The notes beneath the pieces are model-generated. The model saw only the letters and a program-made list of their open reading frames with translations. It was not told the origin of the DNA and did no database searches. From NCBI GenBank assembly GCA_963668175.1, contig OY764159.1:1536001-1600000 (forward strand): 64,000 nucleotides of DNA, given 5' to 3'. Of the stretch, positions 61,717 to 64,000 are shown one piece after another. The first letter of the stretch is position 1, and each line of letters begins with the position of its first letter. The stretch comes from Syntrophales bacterium. GTDB taxonomy: Bacteria; Desulfobacterota; Syntrophia; Syntrophales; PHBD01. A program made the position numbers and the translations under genes.

Positions 61717-63579
61717 TTATTTCCCCTTTCTCTTCTTTCGCCTGTGACGCGGCGCCACAATGGTGACGCAGGTTCCCCGGCCTTTCTCCGAGTCGATTTC
61801 GAAGAGGCCGCCGAGGTAATTGAGGCGCTCCCGGATGCTCATGAGGCCGAAACCGCCGGTCCGCCTGGTCATGCGTCCTATTCCCGAGGTATCGAATCCG
61901 GCCCCGTCGTCCCGGATGACGATGCGGATGTTGCCGCCCTGGCTCTGGATGGCGATCCAGGCCTGCTTCGCCCCGGCGTGCTTGACGATGTTGAGGAGCA
62001 GTTCCCGGGTGACCCGGAACATCAGGATTTGGACCTCCTCGTCGATCGGGCGGTTCTTCATGTCGCTCATGATATGGATCGAAAGGCCGTGCTGTTCCTC
62101 GATCTGTTCGCTCAGCCACTCGATTGCCGACACCAAGCCGAGTTCGTAAAGGACGTAGGGGCTGAGTTCGCTCATGAGCGAGCGGATCTGCTGGATGGAT
62201 TCGTTGACCATATCCTGAATTTTCCTGAGTGGTTCCCCGAATCCGCAACAGGCGGCTTGTTCTGCCAGGGAATCGAGCTTGATTCTCGTCAGAGCGAGGG
62301 TTTGCCCGATATGGTCGTGGAGATCGCCGGCGATGCGCCGCCGCTCCCTCTCTTCCGTCATTACCAGTTCCGACGTCAGGGTCCGCAGATTTTCGTTGCT
62401 GTCGATGAGCTTCTTCTCGGCTGCAACCCAGTCGGAGATATCGACCATGGTCCCTTCGACCAGCATGAGACCCTGCTTATAGTCGTGCATCGTGGCGTTG
62501 AGGAGCACGTGCACGGGACGGCCGTCCTTTTTCCTCAGGAGGAATTGATAGTTGGTGATCGTCCGTTTCTCCAGGAGATCGCTCGTATATGCCTCAAGAT
62601 CGTTGTCGCTGAAAAAGAACTCCCGGAGCGGACGGTCCAGAAGCTCATGACGCGAGCCGTAGCCCAGGATCCGGGCATGGGCGTCGTTGCAGTCTGTGTG
62701 CTTTCCCGATTTTCCGGCGGCGTCGTAGACGGTGCGGAACGTTCCGGCGACGCTGCTTTGGAAGAAGTGGTGATAGAGGGCCTCGGATTCGTGCAGGGCT
62801 TCTTCCATCTTTTTGCGCGCCGTGATGTCGAGGAGCGAGATCACCGTCTCACGGGTGGAGGGGATGAGCGCCGCATATGCGACGACATGGATCGCTTCGC
62901 CTTTACGGTCGATCATCCGGAATTCCGTACCCGTATGTCGCGGCCCGCTGTCCGGCACCCGCGGCCGCCGGACGTTTTCGGCCGCCGTCAGGTCGTCCGC
63001 TGCAACAAAATCGATCCAGGGCCTGACGCCGACGATCTCCGTCCGGGCGTAACCCAGGAGCCTTTCAAACTCGCGGTTTGCGAGGGCGATCGTGTCGTCC
63101 TCCCTGACGATGACCGTGGCCGTGCCGGTATTTTCGAAGATGGTTCGGTAGCGGTCTTCCGAGGCCTGAAGTTCGAGTGCGAAGCGTTTCCTTTCGTTCC
63201 TCTCCGCCACCTCCTGCAGTGCCCGGGAAACGGCCGGGCCCAATCGCGACAACCGGTTTTTGAGGACATAATCCGTCGCCCCCTGCTTGAGGAGTTCGAT
63301 GGCCCTCTCTTCGCCGAGGGCTCCCGAGACGAAGATGAAGGGTATTTCCGGACACATCTGCCGGGCGATCCGCAGGGCCGAGATGCCGTCGAAGGAGGGG
63401 AGCGAGTAGTCGGAGAGCATGATGTCCGGGATACAGGCCTCCAGGGCCTCCACATAGGCGGACTCGGTTGCGACCCTCTTCGCCGCAAAGTTGAGGCCGG
63501 CCTCGGCCAGCTCGAATTCCATCAGTTCGGCGTCCGTTGCGACGTCCTCAAGGATAAGGATGCTCAATTCACCGTTCAT
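61717..63579 (-). CDS. cytoplasmic hybrid sensor kinase (REC-PAS-PAS-HisKA_3-HATPase)
   Basis: N-terminal REC (LED, SDYSLP, YVLK), two PAS domains, ERRRIAGDLHD, NIVKHA, DDGAGF, GFGL. Confidence 0.92.
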   Translation of the reverse strand: MNGELSILILEDVATDAELMEFELAEAGLNFAAKRVATESAYVEALEACIPDIMLSDYSLPSFDGISALRIARQMCPEIPFIFVSGALGEERAIELLKQGATDYVLKNRLSRLGPAVSRALQEVAERNERKRFALELQASEDRYRTIFENTGTATVIVREDDTIALANREFERLLGYARTEIVGVRPWIDFVAADDLTAAENVRRPRVPDSGPRHTGTEFRMIDRKGEAIHVVAYAALIPSTRETVISLLDITARKKMEEALHESEALYHHFFQSSVAGTFRTVYDAAGKSGKHTDCNDAHARILGYGSRHELLDRPLREFFFSDNDLEAYTSDLLEKRTITNYQFLLRKKDGRPVHVLLNATMHDYKQGLMLVEGTMVDISDWVAAEKKLIDSNENLRTLTSELVMTEERERRRIAGDLHDHIGQTLALTRIKLDSLAEQAACCGFGEPLRKIQDMVNESIQQIRSLMSELSPYVLYELGLVSAIEWLSEQIEEQHGLSIHIMSDMKNRPIDEEVQILMFRVTRELLLNIVKHAGAKQAWIAIQSQGGNIRIVIRDDGAGFDTSGIGRMTRRTGGFGLMSIRERLNYLGGLFEIDSEKGRGTCVTIVAPRHRRKKRKGK

Positions 63580-64000
63580 AACTATATGCAGATATTCGTT
63601 TCCGGATGGGTCCGTGCTCGTTTCCGGCCGTCAAGGACTCATTCCCTGCCTTTGCGCCGCACGCCGAGGTAGCCGTAGGGATGGCAAGGAAAATCAATAT
63701 CTCATAGCTTTGATCATACGGGAAAGCAATGAGCATAAAAGCGGAGATTTATGGGAGGCATATACTACCCTGCGAGAAGACTTCCATGCGGTTTCCGGCA
63801 TCCTCCCGCGGCCGTCTTTTACGGTGCGTCCTTCGGATTGTCGGACGGGCGCAGGATAAGAAGCAATGCAATAGCGGCGGCGAACTTACAAAAACCTCTC
63901 AATTATTTTCCCGAAAAGCCGATAGGAATAATAAAGACCTGGGTAGGGTGTGCATGACCGGAATTGCCAAAACAGGATATTCCTATTCGCTGACCGAGAT

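Noticed and set aside
63954..64000. Possible start of a plus-strand gene (MTGIAKTGYSYSLTE)
   Set aside because: Only 15 codons before the window ends and a weak RBS; cannot be supported

Overview
A 64-kb GC-rich chromosomal segment, most likely from an anaerobic Syntrophales (Desulfobacterota) bacterium, judged from the Re-citrate-synthase-like enzyme, PEP-CTERM genes, PilSR-like system and a UGA-decoded protein. It holds about 50 genes: housekeeping (dinB, moeA, adk, UvrD/PcrA helicase, aspS, hisS, comEC, bioB/birA, ppsA), a redox/oxidative-stress cluster and several signalling genes. I recognised no rRNA, tRNA, CRISPR array or intact transposase. Highlights: (1) a co-directional locus of Cdc48/p97-like AAA+ ATPase, FadR/GntR regulator, four oxalate oxidoreductase-type subunits (YPIRP, RTLDPPGDFG), an OxlT-like antiporter and an extended SDR, behind a promoter overlapped by a 31-bp operator palindrome; (2) a PEP synthase ending in a ~150-aa histone-H1-like KKxxx repeat tail; (3) an OsmC-like protein with an in-frame UGA at its catalytic Cys position plus a SECIS-like hairpin, split in two by the ORF track; (4) three tandem PEP-CTERM units with conserved sigma-54/enhancer modules and nearly identical 3' ends around divergent cores; (5) a seven-haem flavocytochrome c; (6) two degenerate signalling proteins (His-to-Gln kinase, Asp-less receiver-PilZ). 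All family calls come from motif recognition by eye; no database search was run.
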